Origin: an uncultured Actinomycetota bacterium
Lineage (GTDB): Bacteria > Actinomycetota > Actinomycetes > Propionibacteriales > Nocardioidaceae
NCBI GenBank assembly: GCA_963709685.1
Contig: CAVPXH010000020.1
Location: 79,838 to 143,837, forward strand
Length of the DNA: 64,000 nucleotides
Direction of reading: 5' to 3'
Shown: positions 9,615 to 20,660 of the stretch, piece by piece
Layout: every line of letters begins with the position of its first letter
Numbering within the stretch: position 1 is the first letter of the stretch
Translations under genes and position numbers: made by a program
Notes under the pieces: generated by a model
What the model saw: only the letters and a program-made list of their open reading frames with translations
What the model was told of the DNA's origin: nothing
The model's database searches: none

Positions 9615-10333
9615 TCATCGTGAAGGACCTCCACAAGAAGTTCGGCGGCAACGAGGTGCTCAAAGGCATCGACTGCCACGTCGACGAGCAGGAGGTGGTC
9701 TGTCTCATCGGGCCGTCCGGCTCCGGCAAGAGCACGCTGCTGCGCTGCCTCAACGGTCTGGAGTCGATCACCTCGGGATCCGTGATGGTGAACGGCCACG
9801 AGCTGACCCACGGCAGGACCGACATCAACGCGGTGCGCCGCGAGGTCGGGATGGTCTTCCAGCACTTCAACCTCTTTCCGCACCTGAAGGTCGTCGACAA
9901 CGTGATGCTCGCGCCGATGAAGGTGCTCAAGACCTCGAAGGACGAGGCCCGCGAGCGGGCGCTGGCGCTGCTGGGCAAGGTGGGGCTCGCCGACAAGACC
10001 CATGCCTACCCGAGCAGCCTGTCGGGCGGGCAGCAGCAGCGGGTCGCGATCGCCCGGGCGCTTGCCATGAACCCCGCGCTGATGCTCTTCGACGAGCCCA
10101 CCTCGGCGCTGGACCCGGAGATTGTCGGGGAGGTGCTGACCGTCATGAAGGACCTGGCCCGTGAGGGCATGACGATGGTCGTGGTCACCCACGAGATGGG
10201 CTTCGCCCGGGAGGTGGCCGACCGTGCGATCTTCATGGATGGTGGTGTCGTCGTCGAGGAGGGGCCGCCCTCGCAGGTCTTCGGCGAGCCCCAGCACGCC
10301 CGGACACGCGACTTCCTGAGCAAGGTGCTGTGA
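9611..10333 (+). CDS. Amino-acid ABC transporter ATP-binding protein (GlnQ type)
   Basis: ATG at 9611 within ORF 8972; [35 protein letters not shown] and VVTHEMGFA. Confidence 0.93.
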   Translation: MIIVKDLHKKFGGNEVLKGIDCHVDEQEVVCLIGPSGSGKSTLLRCLNGLESITSGSVMVNGHELTHGRTDINAVRREVGMVFQHFNLFPHLKVVDNVMLAPMKVLKTSKDEARERALALLGKVGLADKTHAYPSSLSGGQQQRVAIARALAMNPALMLFDEPTSALDPEIVGEVLTVMKDLAREGMTMVVVTHEMGFAREVADRAIFMDGGVVVEEGPPSQVFGEPQHARTRDFLSKVL

Positions 10334-11535
10334 CGATGAGTGACCGACCTACGGCCGGCACGACCGCCGTGGACGAGGAGGTGGCGCGGGCGCTGCCCAC
10401 CGACGGGTGCGCGGGAACGCTCGTCGGCCGGGTCTGGGACCCGGCCGGCCCGGGGCCCTCGTCGGTCCTCGTGCGTGGCGACGGCGTCTACGACCTGAGC
10501 GCGTCGTACCCCACGGTGCGGGATCTGTGCGAGGAGCCGGACCCGGCCTCGGCAGCGCGCCGGGCCGCCGGGAGGCGCCTGGGCGGCTTCGCCGACGTCC
10601 TGGGCAACACCAGTGCCTCCACCCGCGACGAGGATCGCCCGTGGCTGCTCGCGCCCGTCGACCTGCAGACGCTCAAGGCCGCGGGCGTCACGTTCGCGGT
10701 GTCGATGATCGAGCGGGTGATCGAGGAGCGGGTGCGCGGCGACTTCGAGGCCGCGACGAAGATGCGGGTGCAGATCCTCGACGAGATCGGCACCGACCTC
10801 GCGGAGGTCCGGCCGGGGTCGGAGGAGGCGATGCGGCTCAAGCGGTTCCTCACCGAGCGCGGCCTGTGGAGCCAGTACCTCGAGGTCGGCATCGGGCCGG
10901 ACGCCGAGATCTTCACCAAGGCGCCCACGCTGGCGGCGGTCGGTACGGCGACGCCGGTGGGTGTCCCCGCGTCCTCGACGTGGAACAACCCCGAGCCCGA
11001 GGTCGCGCTGGCGGTCTCGTCGCAGGGGCGGGTCGTGGGCGCCATGCTCGGCAACGACGTGAACCTGCGCGACGTCGAGGGCCGGTCGGCACTGCTGCTG
11101 CCGCAGGCGAAGGACAACAACGCCTCCTGCGCGCTCGGCCCCCTGCTGCGGCTGTTCGACGACGGCTTCGACCTCGACACCGTGCGGGCGATGACGGTGC
11201 GCCTCGAGATCGACGGGACCGACGGGTTCCACCTCGACGGCGTCTCGGAGATGACGCAGATCAGCCGGGACCCCCTGGCCCTGGTCGACCAGCTTCTGGC
11301 GACGCACCAGTACCCGGACGGGGTGGTGCTGATGCTGGGCACCATGTTCGCCCCCGTGGTGGACCGCGAGGTGGCGGGCATGGGCTTCACCCACAAGGAG
11401 GGCGACCGCGTGCGGATCTCCGCCGACCAGCTCGGCACCCTGACCAACGAGGTCAGGTACTGCCACACCTGCGACCCCTGGTCCTTCGGCCTGCGGGCCT
11501 TGATGACCAACCTGGCCGAACGCTCGCTGCTCTAG
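10330..11535 (+). CDS. FAH-family protein, 2-keto-3-deoxy-pentonate dehydratase-like (XylX/KdaD type)
   Basis: [47 protein letters not shown] and [11 protein letters not shown]. Confidence 0.75.
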   Translation: MTMSDRPTAGTTAVDEEVARALPTDGCAGTLVGRVWDPAGPGPSSVLVRGDGVYDLSASYPTVRDLCEEPDPASAARRAAGRRLGGFADVLGNTSASTRDEDRPWLLAPVDLQTLKAAGVTFAVSMIERVIEERVRGDFEAATKMRVQILDEIGTDLAEVRPGSEEAMRLKRFLTERGLWSQYLEVGIGPDAEIFTKAPTLAAVGTATPVGVPASSTWNNPEPEVALAVSSQGRVVGAMLGNDVNLRDVEGRSALLLPQAKDNNASCALGPLLRLFDDGFDLDTVRAMTVRLEIDGTDGFHLDGVSEMTQISRDPLALVDQLLATHQYPDGVVLMLGTMFAPVVDREVAGMGFTHKEGDRVRISADQLGTLTNEVRYCHTCDPWSFGLRALMTNLAERSLL

Positions 11536-11599
11536 ATCCACCGAGACTCAGCGGGCACCGACCATCACCGACTCACCACCGACCCACGAGGAGGATGGC

Positions 11600-13114
11600 T
11601 TGATCACCACCACGAACCCGCGCACCGGGGCGACCACCGAGATCGAGGTCGAGGAGACCCCGACCGCCGAGGTGGAGCGGCTCGCCCACCAGGCCCAGGA
11701 GGCGGTGCCCGCGCTGGAACGGCTCGGGCGCGAGGGACGGGCGCGCCTGCTCGAGGCGATCGCCGACGCCCTCGAGGCCGCGCGTGAGGACCTCGTCCGG
11801 ACCGCGGGGCAGGAGACCGGCCTCGCGGACGGACGGCTGAACGGGGAGCTGAGCCGCTCGGCGTTCCAGTTCCGCCTCTTCGCCGAGGCGGTGCGCGAGG
11901 GCGGCTACCTGGAGGCCATGATCGACCACGCCGCCGACACCCCGCTCGGCCCCGGTCCGGACCTGCGGCGGATGCTGCTGCCGATCGGGCCGGTGGCCGT
12001 GTTCGGGGCCAGCAACTTCCCGTTCGCGTTCTCGGTGGTCGGGGGAGACACCGCCTCGGCGCTGGCCGCCGGGTGCCCGGTCCTGATCAAGGCCCACCCC
12101 TCGCACCCGCTCACCTCGCTGCGCTCCTTGGAGGCGATCGGGGAGGCGCTGCGCGCTGCCGGTGCGCCGGAGGGTGCCGCCTGCCTGGTCTTCGGCCAGG
12201 ACGCCGGCTCGGCGCTGGTCGGCCACCCGCTGGTGCGGGCGGTCAGCTTCACCGGCGCGCTGTCGACCGGTCGCGTGCTGCAGGACCTCATCAACCGCCG
12301 CGAGGACCCGATCCCGTTCTACGGCGAGCTGTCCAGCCTCAACCCGCTGGTGGTCACCCCGGGTGCCGCCCGCGCCCGGACCGGGGAGATCGCCCAGGGG
12401 CTCTTCACGTCGGTGACCGGCTCCGGTGGCCAGCTGTGCACCAAGCCGGGCATCGCGTTCGTCCCGTCGGGTGAGGAGGGGGACCGCCTCGTCGAGGAGC
12501 TGCGCGCGCTCACCGAGAAGGGCGAGGGGCACGTGCTCCTCAACTCCCGGATCCGGGAGGCGTACGACGCGATCGCCGACCGGCTCGTGCGCGGCGGCGC
12601 GCCGGTGGCGGCCCGCGGCCCCGAGGCCGACGGCGACGGGTTCGTCGTGCCGCCGACCCTGCTGACCACCCAGGCGGCGGACATGTCCGAGGCGCTCGCG
12701 GAGGAGTGCTTCGGCCCGCTGGTGATCGTGGCGCGCTACGACGACGTCAAGCAGGTCGCGGCGGCGGTCGAGCGGATGCCGGCCTCGCTGACGGCCACGG
12801 TGCACGCCGAGGACGTCGAGTCCGCGCTGGCTGCCGAGCTGTCCCGGATCCTCGAGCCGCACGCCGGACGGCTGGTGTTCAACGGCTACCCGACCGGCGT
12901 GCGCGTCTCGTGGGCGCAGCACCACGGGGGCCCGTGGCCCTCGACCAACTCCCAGCACACCTCGGTCGGCGTCACCGCGATCCGCCGCTTCCTGCGGCCC
13001 TTCGTGTGGCAGAGCGCGCCCGAGTCCGTGCTTCCCGAGGAGCTGCGCGAGGACTACCGCGCGATCCCGCGCCGGGTCGACGGCACCCTGGTGCTCCCGG
13101 AGGGCGTCCGATGA
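11600..13114 (+). CDS. Aldehyde dehydrogenase, alpha-ketoglutaric semialdehyde dehydrogenase type
   Basis: VFGASNFPFAFSVVGGDTASALAAGCP, GELSSLNP, GQLCTKPG, EECFGP and HHGGPWP. Confidence 0.85.
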   Translation: MITTTNPRTGATTEIEVEETPTAEVERLAHQAQEAVPALERLGREGRARLLEAIADALEAAREDLVRTAGQETGLADGRLNGELSRSAFQFRLFAEAVREGGYLEAMIDHAADTPLGPGPDLRRMLLPIGPVAVFGASNFPFAFSVVGGDTASALAAGCPVLIKAHPSHPLTSLRSLEAIGEALRAAGAPEGAACLVFGQDAGSALVGHPLVRAVSFTGALSTGRVLQDLINRREDPIPFYGELSSLNPLVVTPGAARARTGEIAQGLFTSVTGSGGQLCTKPGIAFVPSGEEGDRLVEELRALTEKGEGHVLLNSRIREAYDAIADRLVRGGAPVAARGPEADGDGFVVPPTLLTTQAADMSEALAEECFGPLVIVARYDDVKQVAAAVERMPASLTATVHAEDVESALAAELSRILEPHAGRLVFNGYPTGVRVSWAQHHGGPWPSTNSQHTSVGVTAIRRFLRPFVWQSAPESVLPEELREDYRAIPRRVDGTLVLPEGVR

Positions 13115-13962
13115 GGGTGGCCCGGCTCGGCCCCGTCGGTGGCGAGCGTCCCGTCCTCCTCGACGGGGACCGGGCGTTCGACCTCGGCGGCGTGGCCGAG
13201 GACATCGACGCCGGCTTCCTCGCCGCCGGCGGCCTGGAGCGGGCCCGCCGGGCGTGGGAGGCCGGCGACCTCCCCGAGGTGCCGGACGCCTCGACCCTGC
13301 GGACCGGTGCCCCGGTGGCCCGCCCCAGCGCGGTGCTGTGCGTCGGCATGAACTACGCCGCGCACGCCGCGGAGTCCGGCGCCGCCCCGCCGGAGGTGCC
13401 GATCGTCTTCTCGAAGACCCCGAACACCGTCGTCGGCCCCGACGACCCGGTGACCGTCCCGCCCGGCAGCAAGAAGACCGACTGGGAGGTCGAGCTCGGT
13501 GTGGTGATCGGCCGCCGCGCCGCCTACCTGTCCTCGCGCGAGGAGGCGATGGCGCACGTCGCCGGTTTCGTGCTCTGCAACGACCTCTCGGAGCGGGCCT
13601 TCCAGCTCGAGGAGTCCGGCGGGCAGTGGGGCAAGGGCAAGTCCGCGCCGGGCTTCTGCCCGACCGGTCCCTGGCTGGTGACGCCCGACGAGGTCGACCA
13701 CCACGCGCTGCGGCTGCGCAGCTGGGTCAACGGCGAGCCGCGGCAGGACTCCAGCACCGCCGACATGGTCTTCGACGTCGAGCACCTGGTCTGGGACCTC
13801 AGCCAGTACCTCACCCTCGAGCCGGGGGACCTGATCCTCACCGGCACGCCGGAGGGTGTAGCCCTCTCCGGCCGGTTCGACTACCTCGCGCCCGGCGACG
13901 TCGTCGAGCTCGAGATCGAGGGGCTCGGCCGGCAGCGCCAACAGATGGTGGCCTTCCGGTGA
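13111..13962 (+). CDS. FAH-family hydrolase (2,4-diketo-3-deoxy-L-fuconate hydrolase-like)
   Basis: ATGA overlap at 13111; CVGMNY, KTDWEVEL, NDLSER, WGKGKS and GDLILTGTP. Confidence 0.85.
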   Translation: MRVARLGPVGGERPVLLDGDRAFDLGGVAEDIDAGFLAAGGLERARRAWEAGDLPEVPDASTLRTGAPVARPSAVLCVGMNYAAHAAESGAAPPEVPIVFSKTPNTVVGPDDPVTVPPGSKKTDWEVELGVVIGRRAAYLSSREEAMAHVAGFVLCNDLSERAFQLEESGGQWGKGKSAPGFCPTGPWLVTPDEVDHHALRLRSWVNGEPRQDSSTADMVFDVEHLVWDLSQYLTLEPGDLILTGTPEGVALSGRFDYLAPGDVVELEIEGLGRQRQQMVAFR

Positions 13963-14705
13963 GCGGGTGCGACGGGCTGGTAGCCCTGGTCACCGGTGGT
14001 GCTTCGGGCATCGGCCAGGCGGCGGCCGCAGCGCTTGGCCGCGAGGGCGCCCGGGTTGCCGTGCTGGACCGAGACCCCGCCGACGAGTCGGAGGGGATGC
14101 TGGCCGTGCGGGCCGACGTCACCGACGACGCCTCCGTGCGGGCCGCGGTGGACGCGGTGGTCGACCGGTTCGGCCGGCTCGACGTCCTGGTCAACAACGC
14201 AGGGGTGGGCGCCCAGGGCGGGGTCGAGGACAACGACGACGGCGAGTGGGTGCGCGTCCTGGACGTGAACCTGCTCGGAATGGTGCGGGTGACCCGCGCC
14301 GCCCTGCCGCACCTGCGCCGCTCGCCCTGCCCGGCCATCGTGAACACCGCGTCGGTCGCGGCCGAGGTGGGCCTGCCGGAGCGGGTGCTCTACAGCGCCA
14401 GCAAAGGCGCGGTCGTCGCAGCCTCGCGGGCCATGGCCGCGGACCTGATCGCCGAGGGCATCCGCGTCAACTGCGTGAACCCGGGCACCGCGGACACGCC
14501 CTGGATCGGCCGGCTTCTGTCCCGGGCCGACGACCCGGCGGCGGAAAGGGCGGCGCTGGAGGCACGGCAGCCGCACGGGCGGCTGGTCTCCGCCGACGAG
14601 GTGGCCGCGGCGATCTGCGCGCTGGCCGCGCCGGGCGCCGGCTCCATCACGGGGACCTGCCTCACGGTCGACGGTGGGCTGACCGCGCTGCGGCTGCCGC
14701 GCTGA
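13959..14705 (+). CDS. SDR oxidoreductase (2-keto-3-deoxy-L-fuconate dehydrogenase-like)
   Basis: GTGA overlap; TGGASGIG, NNAG, YSASKG, IRVNCVNPGTADTPW and ARQPHGRL. Confidence 0.85.
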   Translation: MSGCDGLVALVTGGASGIGQAAAAALGREGARVAVLDRDPADESEGMLAVRADVTDDASVRAAVDAVVDRFGRLDVLVNNAGVGAQGGVEDNDDGEWVRVLDVNLLGMVRVTRAALPHLRRSPCPAIVNTASVAAEVGLPERVLYSASKGAVVAASRAMAADLIAEGIRVNCVNPGTADTPWIGRLLSRADDPAAERAALEARQPHGRLVSADEVAAAICALAAPGAGSITGTCLTVDGGLTALRLPR

Positions 14706-14910
14706 GCGGGCGCTGAGCGGCGTGCCCGCACCACCCGGTGGGCGTGCCGGTGCGGAGCGGAAGGCCGCCCGGTGCGGGGCGGCACCTCGCCAGACGCCCG
14801 AGTTGCGGGGTTCACGCGTCTCGGAAGTAAACCGGAAGTCGGGCACGGTCCATCGGAATCACATATGATCAATACGTAGTCGCGCCATTCTCGAAAGCAG
14901 AGGTCCTCCC

Positions 14911-15642
14911 GTGTCGACGAAGTCAAGCTCCCCGGCATCCGAGTCAGGGGCCGCCGTCAGCAAGGTCTACACGGCCCTGCGCATGCCGATCGTCGACGGC
15001 GAGATCGCACCCGGAACGCGCATCAACATCGACGCCGTCGCGCGTGACCTGGGCGTCTCGCAGACTCCGGTGCGCGAAGCGCTGCAGCGGCTGGAAGCCG
15101 ACGACCTCCTGGTCTACACACCCGGCCGCGGCTACCGCACCACGCCCATGCTCGATCTCGCCGGCCTGCGGTCGGTCTTCGAGTTCCGGTTGCTGGTGGA
15201 GCCGTGGGCGGCGAGGACGGCGGCCAGCGACCGGCTCGCGAACCCGGCCACGGCCCTCGACGAGGAGATCGGCTCCTTCGAGCGCGTGGCACACGCGGGC
15301 GGGGACGTGCGCCAGCAGATGCTCACCCACGACACCCGGTTCCACGACATGATCCTCGCCGCGGCCGGTAACGAGGTGGTGCGCCATGCCTACTCGCAGA
15401 CGCACTGCCACCTCCACGTCTTCCGTCTCTACCCGGTCGACGTCGACGGCGCGCTCACCATCACCGAGCACCGCACCATCTGGGAGGCGGTCAAGGCCGG
15501 CGACCCGAACGCGGCCGAGGAGGCCATGGCCGAGCACATCAGGAACTCCTACCAGCGCTCGGCACGGGCCTTCGACGGCCGCGCGCCGGAGGTGGAGACG
15601 CTGGCGCGCACCGGGAGCACCCGGGCGCGCGAGGTCGACTGA
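14911..15642 (+). CDS. GntR-family transcriptional regulator with FCD domain
   Basis: ARDLGVSQTPVREALQRL HTH; FCD features FHDMI and AMAEHI. Confidence 0.9.
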   Translation: MSTKSSSPASESGAAVSKVYTALRMPIVDGEIAPGTRINIDAVARDLGVSQTPVREALQRLEADDLLVYTPGRGYRTTPMLDLAGLRSVFEFRLLVEPWAARTAASDRLANPATALDEEIGSFERVAHAGGDVRQQMLTHDTRFHDMILAAAGNEVVRHAYSQTHCHLHVFRLYPVDVDGALTITEHRTIWEAVKAGDPNAAEEAMAEHIRNSYQRSARAFDGRAPEVETLARTGSTRAREVD

Positions 15643-15702
15643 GGTCGCGTGTACGACGGAGCCCCCGCGCCGCTCGGCGTCGGGGGCTCCGTCGTACCCG
15701 GC

Positions 15703-17499
15703 TCAGTGGTTGTGCCGGGGGACACCCTTGGTCTGGGCGACTCGCTGGTAGGCCACCGCCGGTTCCAGCACCATCCCGGTGGACATCTGACCGACCATCG
15801 AGCGCTGGATCTCCTGCCACGGCGTCTGCGACTCCGGCACGGGGAACGGCGTCTCGTCGAGCTGCGCGCGGCGGGCGGCCAGCTCGGCCTCGTCGAGGAG
15901 CACGTCCGCGCGGCCCCGGTCGAGGTCGATGCGCACCGTGTCCCCGGTGCGCAGCAGCGCCAGCCCGCCGCCCACCGCTGCCTCCGGGGAGGCGTTGAGG
16001 ATGGAGGGAGAGCCGGAGGTGCCCGACTGGCGCCCGTCGCCGACGCAGGGCAGCGCGTGGACCCCCTTCCTGATCAGGTCGGCGGGGGGCTGCATGTTCA
16101 CCACCTCCGCGGCGCCGGGGTAGCCGACCGGCCCGTTGCCCCGGATGAACAGCACGCAGCCGTCGTCGATACCGAGCTCCGGGTCGTCGATGCGACGGTG
16201 GTACTCCTCGGGGCCGTCGAAGACGACGGCCCGGCCCACGAAGCAGTTCGGGTGATCGGCGTCGGACAGGTACCGCTCGCGGAACGCCGGTGAGATGACG
16301 CTGGTCTTCATGATCGCGCTGTCGAAGAGGTTCCCGGTGAGGACGACGAAGCCGGCGTCCGGGGCGAGCGCGTCGGCGAAGGCGCGGATGACGACGCCGT
16401 CGGGCGCGGTGTCGCGGCAGTTCTCCCCGAGGGTGCGGCCGTTGACGGTCATCGCCCCCTCATGGATGAGGCCGTGGCGCATCAGCTCGTGAACCACGGC
16501 CGGCACGCCGCCGGCGCGGTGGTACTCCTCGCCGAGGTACTGGCCGGCCGGCTGCACGTCCACGAGCAGCGGCACGTGGTGCCCGAGGCGCTGCCAGTCC
16601 TCGACCTCGAGGGGCACACCGACGTGGCGGGCGATCGCGTTGACGTGGATCGGGGCGTTGGTCGAGCCGCCGATCGCCGAGTTCACCACCACCGCGTTCT
16701 CGAACGCCTCGCGGGTGAGGATGTCCGAGGGCTTGAGGTCCTCGGAGACCATCTCCACGATCCGTCGGCCGGTCAGGTAGGCGACGCGGGCGCGGTCGCG
16801 ATGCGGGGCCGGGATGGCGGCAGAACCGGGCAGGCTCATGCCGAGCGCCTCCGCGAGCCCGTTCATCGTGGACGCCGTACCCATCGTGTTGCAGTGCCCG
16901 GGCGACGGCGCCGAGGAGGCGACCAGCTCGACGAACTCGGCGTCGTCGATCTCGCCGGCCGCCAGCATCTCCCGGGCCTTCCACACGATCGTGCCCGAGC
17001 CGGTCCGGTTCCCGTCGTGCCAGCCGTTGAGCATCGGGCCGCCGGACAGCACGATCGCGGGAATGTTCACCGTGGCCGCGGCCATCAGGCACGCCGGCGT
17101 CGTCTTGTCGCAGCCGGTGGTGAGCACCACGCCGTCGAGCGGGTACCCGTGGAGCACCTCCACCAGCCCGAGGTAGGCCAGGTTCCGGTCGAGCGCAGCG
17201 GTGGGACGGCGTCCGGTCTCCTGGATCGGGTGCACCGGGAACTCGAAGGCGATCCCGCCCATCTCCCGGATGCCTTCCCGGACGCGGTCGGCGAGCTGCA
17301 GGTGGTGGCGGTTGCACGGGGACAGGTCGGAGCCGGTCTGGGCGATGCCGATGATCGGCTTGCCCGACTGCAGCTCCTCCCGGGTCAGCCCCCAGTTCAT
17401 GTAGCGCTCGATGTAGAGAGCGGTCATCCCGGGGTTCTCCGGATTGTCGAACCACTCCTGGCTGCGCAGCCGGCGGCGGTCTGGTGTCTGCCCGTTCAT
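15703..17499 (-). CDS. IlvD/Edd-family sugar-acid dehydratase (L-arabinonate/D-xylonate dehydratase type)
   Basis: [45 protein letters not shown] and NASPEAA. Confidence 0.9.
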   Translation of the reverse strand: MNGQTPDRRRLRSQEWFDNPENPGMTALYIERYMNWGLTREELQSGKPIIGIAQTGSDLSPCNRHHLQLADRVREGIREMGGIAFEFPVHPIQETGRRPTAALDRNLAYLGLVEVLHGYPLDGVVLTTGCDKTTPACLMAAATVNIPAIVLSGGPMLNGWHDGNRTGSGTIVWKAREMLAAGEIDDAEFVELVASSAPSPGHCNTMGTASTMNGLAEALGMSLPGSAAIPAPHRDRARVAYLTGRRIVEMVSEDLKPSDILTREAFENAVVVNSAIGGSTNAPIHVNAIARHVGVPLEVEDWQRLGHHVPLLVDVQPAGQYLGEEYHRAGGVPAVVHELMRHGLIHEGAMTVNGRTLGENCRDTAPDGVVIRAFADALAPDAGFVVLTGNLFDSAIMKTSVISPAFRERYLSDADHPNCFVGRAVVFDGPEEYHRRIDDPELGIDDGCVLFIRGNGPVGYPGAAEVVNMQPPADLIRKGVHALPCVGDGRQSGTSGSPSILNASPEAAVGGGLALLRTGDTVRIDLDRGRADVLLDEAELAARRAQLDETPFPVPESQTPWQEIQRSMVGQMSTGMVLEPAVAYQRVAQTKGVPRHNH

Positions 17500-17561
17500 C
17501 TTCTCTCCTCGTGGGTGCGGTTGCGGTGGTGCGGCCCTGGGCGCGTTCCCTCGCCGGGAGG

Positions 17562-18431
17562 TCAGTCCTCGAACCCGAGGCGCACGAGCGCCGCGGACAC
17601 GTCGTAGGTCACGGGAGGGGGCAGGAGCGGCGGGCGCACGGTCCCCATCCCGACGCCGTGCCGCGCCTGCGCGAGCCGCTTGAGCAGTCCCGGTGCGGCG
17701 TACTCCTTGGTCATGGCCCGCACCGCGCGCAGGTGGGTGGAGAGCCGCTCGGCTCGTGCGGTCTCACCGTCTCGCACCCGCCGGTGCAGCTCCACGACGT
17801 GCTCGGGAACGATGTTCGCGAGCGCTGAGATGCCGCCGTCGGCGCGCGGCAGCCGCCCCGGCAGGTCGTCCTCCGTGCCGAGCAGAACGCCCTGGCCGGC
17901 CGCCCGGACGGTGGCGGAGTAGCCAGCGTCTCCCGCTGAGTCCTTCACGCCCCACAGCGGCAGCGAGGTCACCACCTCGGCGGGGACGGGGACCGCGTAC
18001 TTGGGGATGTGGTAGGCCAGCACGGGATGCCGGGAGACCTCGAGGACTCGCTCGTAGAAGCGGCGCAGGCCCTCCGGCTCCACGGGCTTGAAGTAGTACG
18101 GCGGGAGCACCAGTACCGCGGTGACCGGCAGGTCACCGAGACGTGCCAGCAGCTTCACCGAGTCGGGAAGGTTGCCCTCGGCGACCGTGGGAAGCAGGCC
18201 GATGCCGAGATCCGCCTCGGCCAGCGCCTCGAGCACCCGGATCTTCTCCTCGGTGCCGACCGAGGGTCCCTCGCCGTTGGTACCGAACGGCACCACCCCG
18301 TCCACACCCTGGTCAGCAAGCCAGCGCACGTGCGCGCAGTAGGCCTCCACGTCGAGCGTGCGGTCCGCGTCGTCACGGAACGGGGTCACGTTGGCGGCGT
18401 AGACGCCACCGAGCGGATGGGGCACGGTCAT
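17562..18431 (-). CDS. DHDPS/NanA-family aldolase or dehydratase (KDG aldolase-like)
   Basis: ATG at 18431; [23 protein letters not shown] and GVKDSAG (Schiff-base Lys). Confidence 0.85.
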   Translation of the reverse strand: MTVPHPLGGVYAANVTPFRDDADRTLDVEAYCAHVRWLADQGVDGVVPFGTNGEGPSVGTEEKIRVLEALAEADLGIGLLPTVAEGNLPDSVKLLARLGDLPVTAVLVLPPYYFKPVEPEGLRRFYERVLEVSRHPVLAYHIPKYAVPVPAEVVTSLPLWGVKDSAGDAGYSATVRAAGQGVLLGTEDDLPGRLPRADGGISALANIVPEHVVELHRRVRDGETARAERLSTHLRAVRAMTKEYAAPGLLKRLAQARHGVGMGTVRPPLLPPPVTYDVSAALVRLGFED

Positions 18432-19390
18432 CTCCCGAGCTGGGTGGTGTCGGACATGAAGTGGGCGAGCTCCTCGGCGGACGGCAGGCCCTCGTAGTCG
18501 CCGAGCGTGGTCACGCACAGCGCGCCCATCGCGTTGGCGAGCCGAAGTCGCTCCTCCGGGCCGGCGCCGCGCAGCAGTCCGGCGAGGTAGCCGGCGGCGA
18601 AGGCGTCTCCCGCACCGATCGGGTCCACCTGCTGCACGGCGAAGGGCGCGCCTTCCCAGCGCTCGCCGTCACTCCAGAGGGTGGCACCGTCACGACCTCG
18701 CTTGACGACCACCTCCCGCGGCCCCGCCTCGCCGAGCCGGCGCACCGTCTTCTCCTCGTCGTGCCAGTCCCACAGCACCTCGGCCTCCTCCACGCTGACG
18801 AACAGCACGTCGACGTGCGGCAGCACGGTCTGCACGGCGGCACGTGCCTCGGCGGGCCCCCACAGGCGGGAGCGGTAGTTCACGTCGAAGCTCACCTGGA
18901 CGCCGTGGCGGTGCGCCTCCTGCGCGGCCCAGGTGACGAAGTCGGCGCAGTCCGGGGACAGGGCCGGCGTCACACCGCTGAGATGCAGGAACCTGGCGCC
19001 CTCCAGGCAGCGGAGGTCCAGGCCACCGGGGGCGAGCGTCGAGGCGGCGGAGCCCGCGCGGTAGTAGTACACCCGCACCTGCCCGGCGACCTCCTCGCGG
19101 AAGTACAGCCCCGTGGGCCGCCGCGCGACCCGGCGGACGGCGCTGGTGTCCACGCCCTCGGCGCGGATCCGGTCGAGGACCAGGTGTCCCGGCTCGTCGT
19201 CGCCGAGCAGGCCGGCCCAGGCCGACCGGACCCCGAGCCGGGCCAGCGCGATGGCGACGTTCGACTCGGCTCCGCCGGTCTTCAGCAGCACCGAGGGTGT
19301 GTGCCGCAGCCGCCCGGGCGCAGGCGGCACGGCCAGCATCATGCTCTCGCCGATGCACACCACGGCGGGGCTCGAGTCCAGCACGCTCAT
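18428..19390 (-). CDS. kdgK: PfkB-family sugar kinase (2-keto-3-deoxygluconate kinase-like)
   Basis: CIGESM, GGAESNVA, YYRAGSAAS, FDVNYRSRLW and DPIGAGDAFAAG. Confidence 0.8.
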   Translation of the reverse strand: MSVLDSSPAVVCIGESMMLAVPPAPGRLRHTPSVLLKTGGAESNVAIALARLGVRSAWAGLLGDDEPGHLVLDRIRAEGVDTSAVRRVARRPTGLYFREEVAGQVRVYYYRAGSAASTLAPGGLDLRCLEGARFLHLSGVTPALSPDCADFVTWAAQEAHRHGVQVSFDVNYRSRLWGPAEARAAVQTVLPHVDVLFVSVEEAEVLWDWHDEEKTVRRLGEAGPREVVVKRGRDGATLWSDGERWEGAPFAVQQVDPIGAGDAFAAGYLAGLLRGAGPEERLRLANAMGALCVTTLGDYEGLPSAEELAHFMSDTTQLGR

Positions 19391-20657
19391 CCGGCTGCTT
19401 GCGGCAGCCACAGCACGAGCTGCGGGAGCGCGAGGAGAAGCACGAGCACACCCAGCAGCGCCAGGTAGAACGGCGGCATCCGGCGCAGCAGGTCGCCCAT
19501 GGAGACCCGGCCGACCGCGCAGCCGACGTAGAGCACCGTGCCCACGGGGGGCGTGATCAGCCCGATCCCCAGGACCAGCGACATGATCACGCCGAAGTAG
19601 ACCGCCGGCACCCCGACGCTCGTGGCGATCGGCGCCATGATCGGGGCCAGGATCACCATGGCCGGGGTCAGGTCCATCACCACGCCCACCACCAGCAGGA
19701 GCAGGCACATCAACCCCAGCACCACGTAGGGCGAGGAGGAGATCCCGTTGACCGCGTGACGAGGTGCGAGGGCACCTGTGCGGTGGTGAGCAGAAACGCG
19801 ACCGACATGGCCATCGCCAGCAGGAACAGCACCATGCCGGTGGTGCGGCCGGTCCGGATGAGGATCGGCCACAGCTGCCGTGGGTGGATCTCGCGGTAGA
19901 TCAGCATCGAGACGATCAGCGAGTAGGCCACGGCGGCCACGGCGGCCTCGGTGGCGGTGAAGACGCCGCCGAGGATGCCGCCCACGATGATGACGGGCAG
20001 GATGAGCGCGAGGATCGCGCCCCGGAAGGACACCCACAGCTGGCGTAGCGAGAAGGGCTGGCGGATGGCCGCGGAGGAGCGGCGGGCGGTCAGGAACGTG
20101 GTGACCATCAACGCCAGGCCGACGAGGATGCCCGGCACGATGCCGGCGATGAACAGCTCGCTGATCGAGGTGTTGGTGACGATGCCGTAGAGGATCAGCG
20201 GGATCGACGGCGGGATGATGATGCCGATGACCGCGGCCGAGACGGTGATGGCGGTGGCGTGACCGGCGGTGTAGCCCTCCCGCTTCATGGACGGGATCAT
20301 CATGCCCCCGATCGCGGAGGCGTCCGCGACGGCGGACCCGCTGATGCCGCCGAAGAACATCGACGCGGCGACGTTGACCTGGCCCAGGCCGCCCGAGATG
20401 AAGCCGACCAGCGCCTGCGCGAACGCGACGAGCCGCCGGGCCAGTCCGCCCGTGCTCATCAGCTCCCCGACGAGGACGAAGAACGGGATGGCCAGCAGGG
20501 GGAAGCTGTTGACGCCACGCACCGCCTGCTCGACGAGCACTGCCGTGTTGGCGTCCATCACGACCAGCAGCACCAGGGAGGAGAGGCCGAGCGCGAAGGA
20601 GACGGGGATGCCGATCGCGATGGCCGCGAAGAGCACGCCGAGGAAGATCCACAGCAT
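19387..20657 (-). CDS. dctM: TRAP transporter large permease DctM, frameshifted near 19757
   Basis: LLAIPFFVLVGELM, FFGGISGSAVADA, IIPPSIP and TATEAA in ORF 19710..20657; GLITPPVG C-terminus in the adjacent frame. Confidence 0.9.
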
Positions 20658-20660
20658 GAG

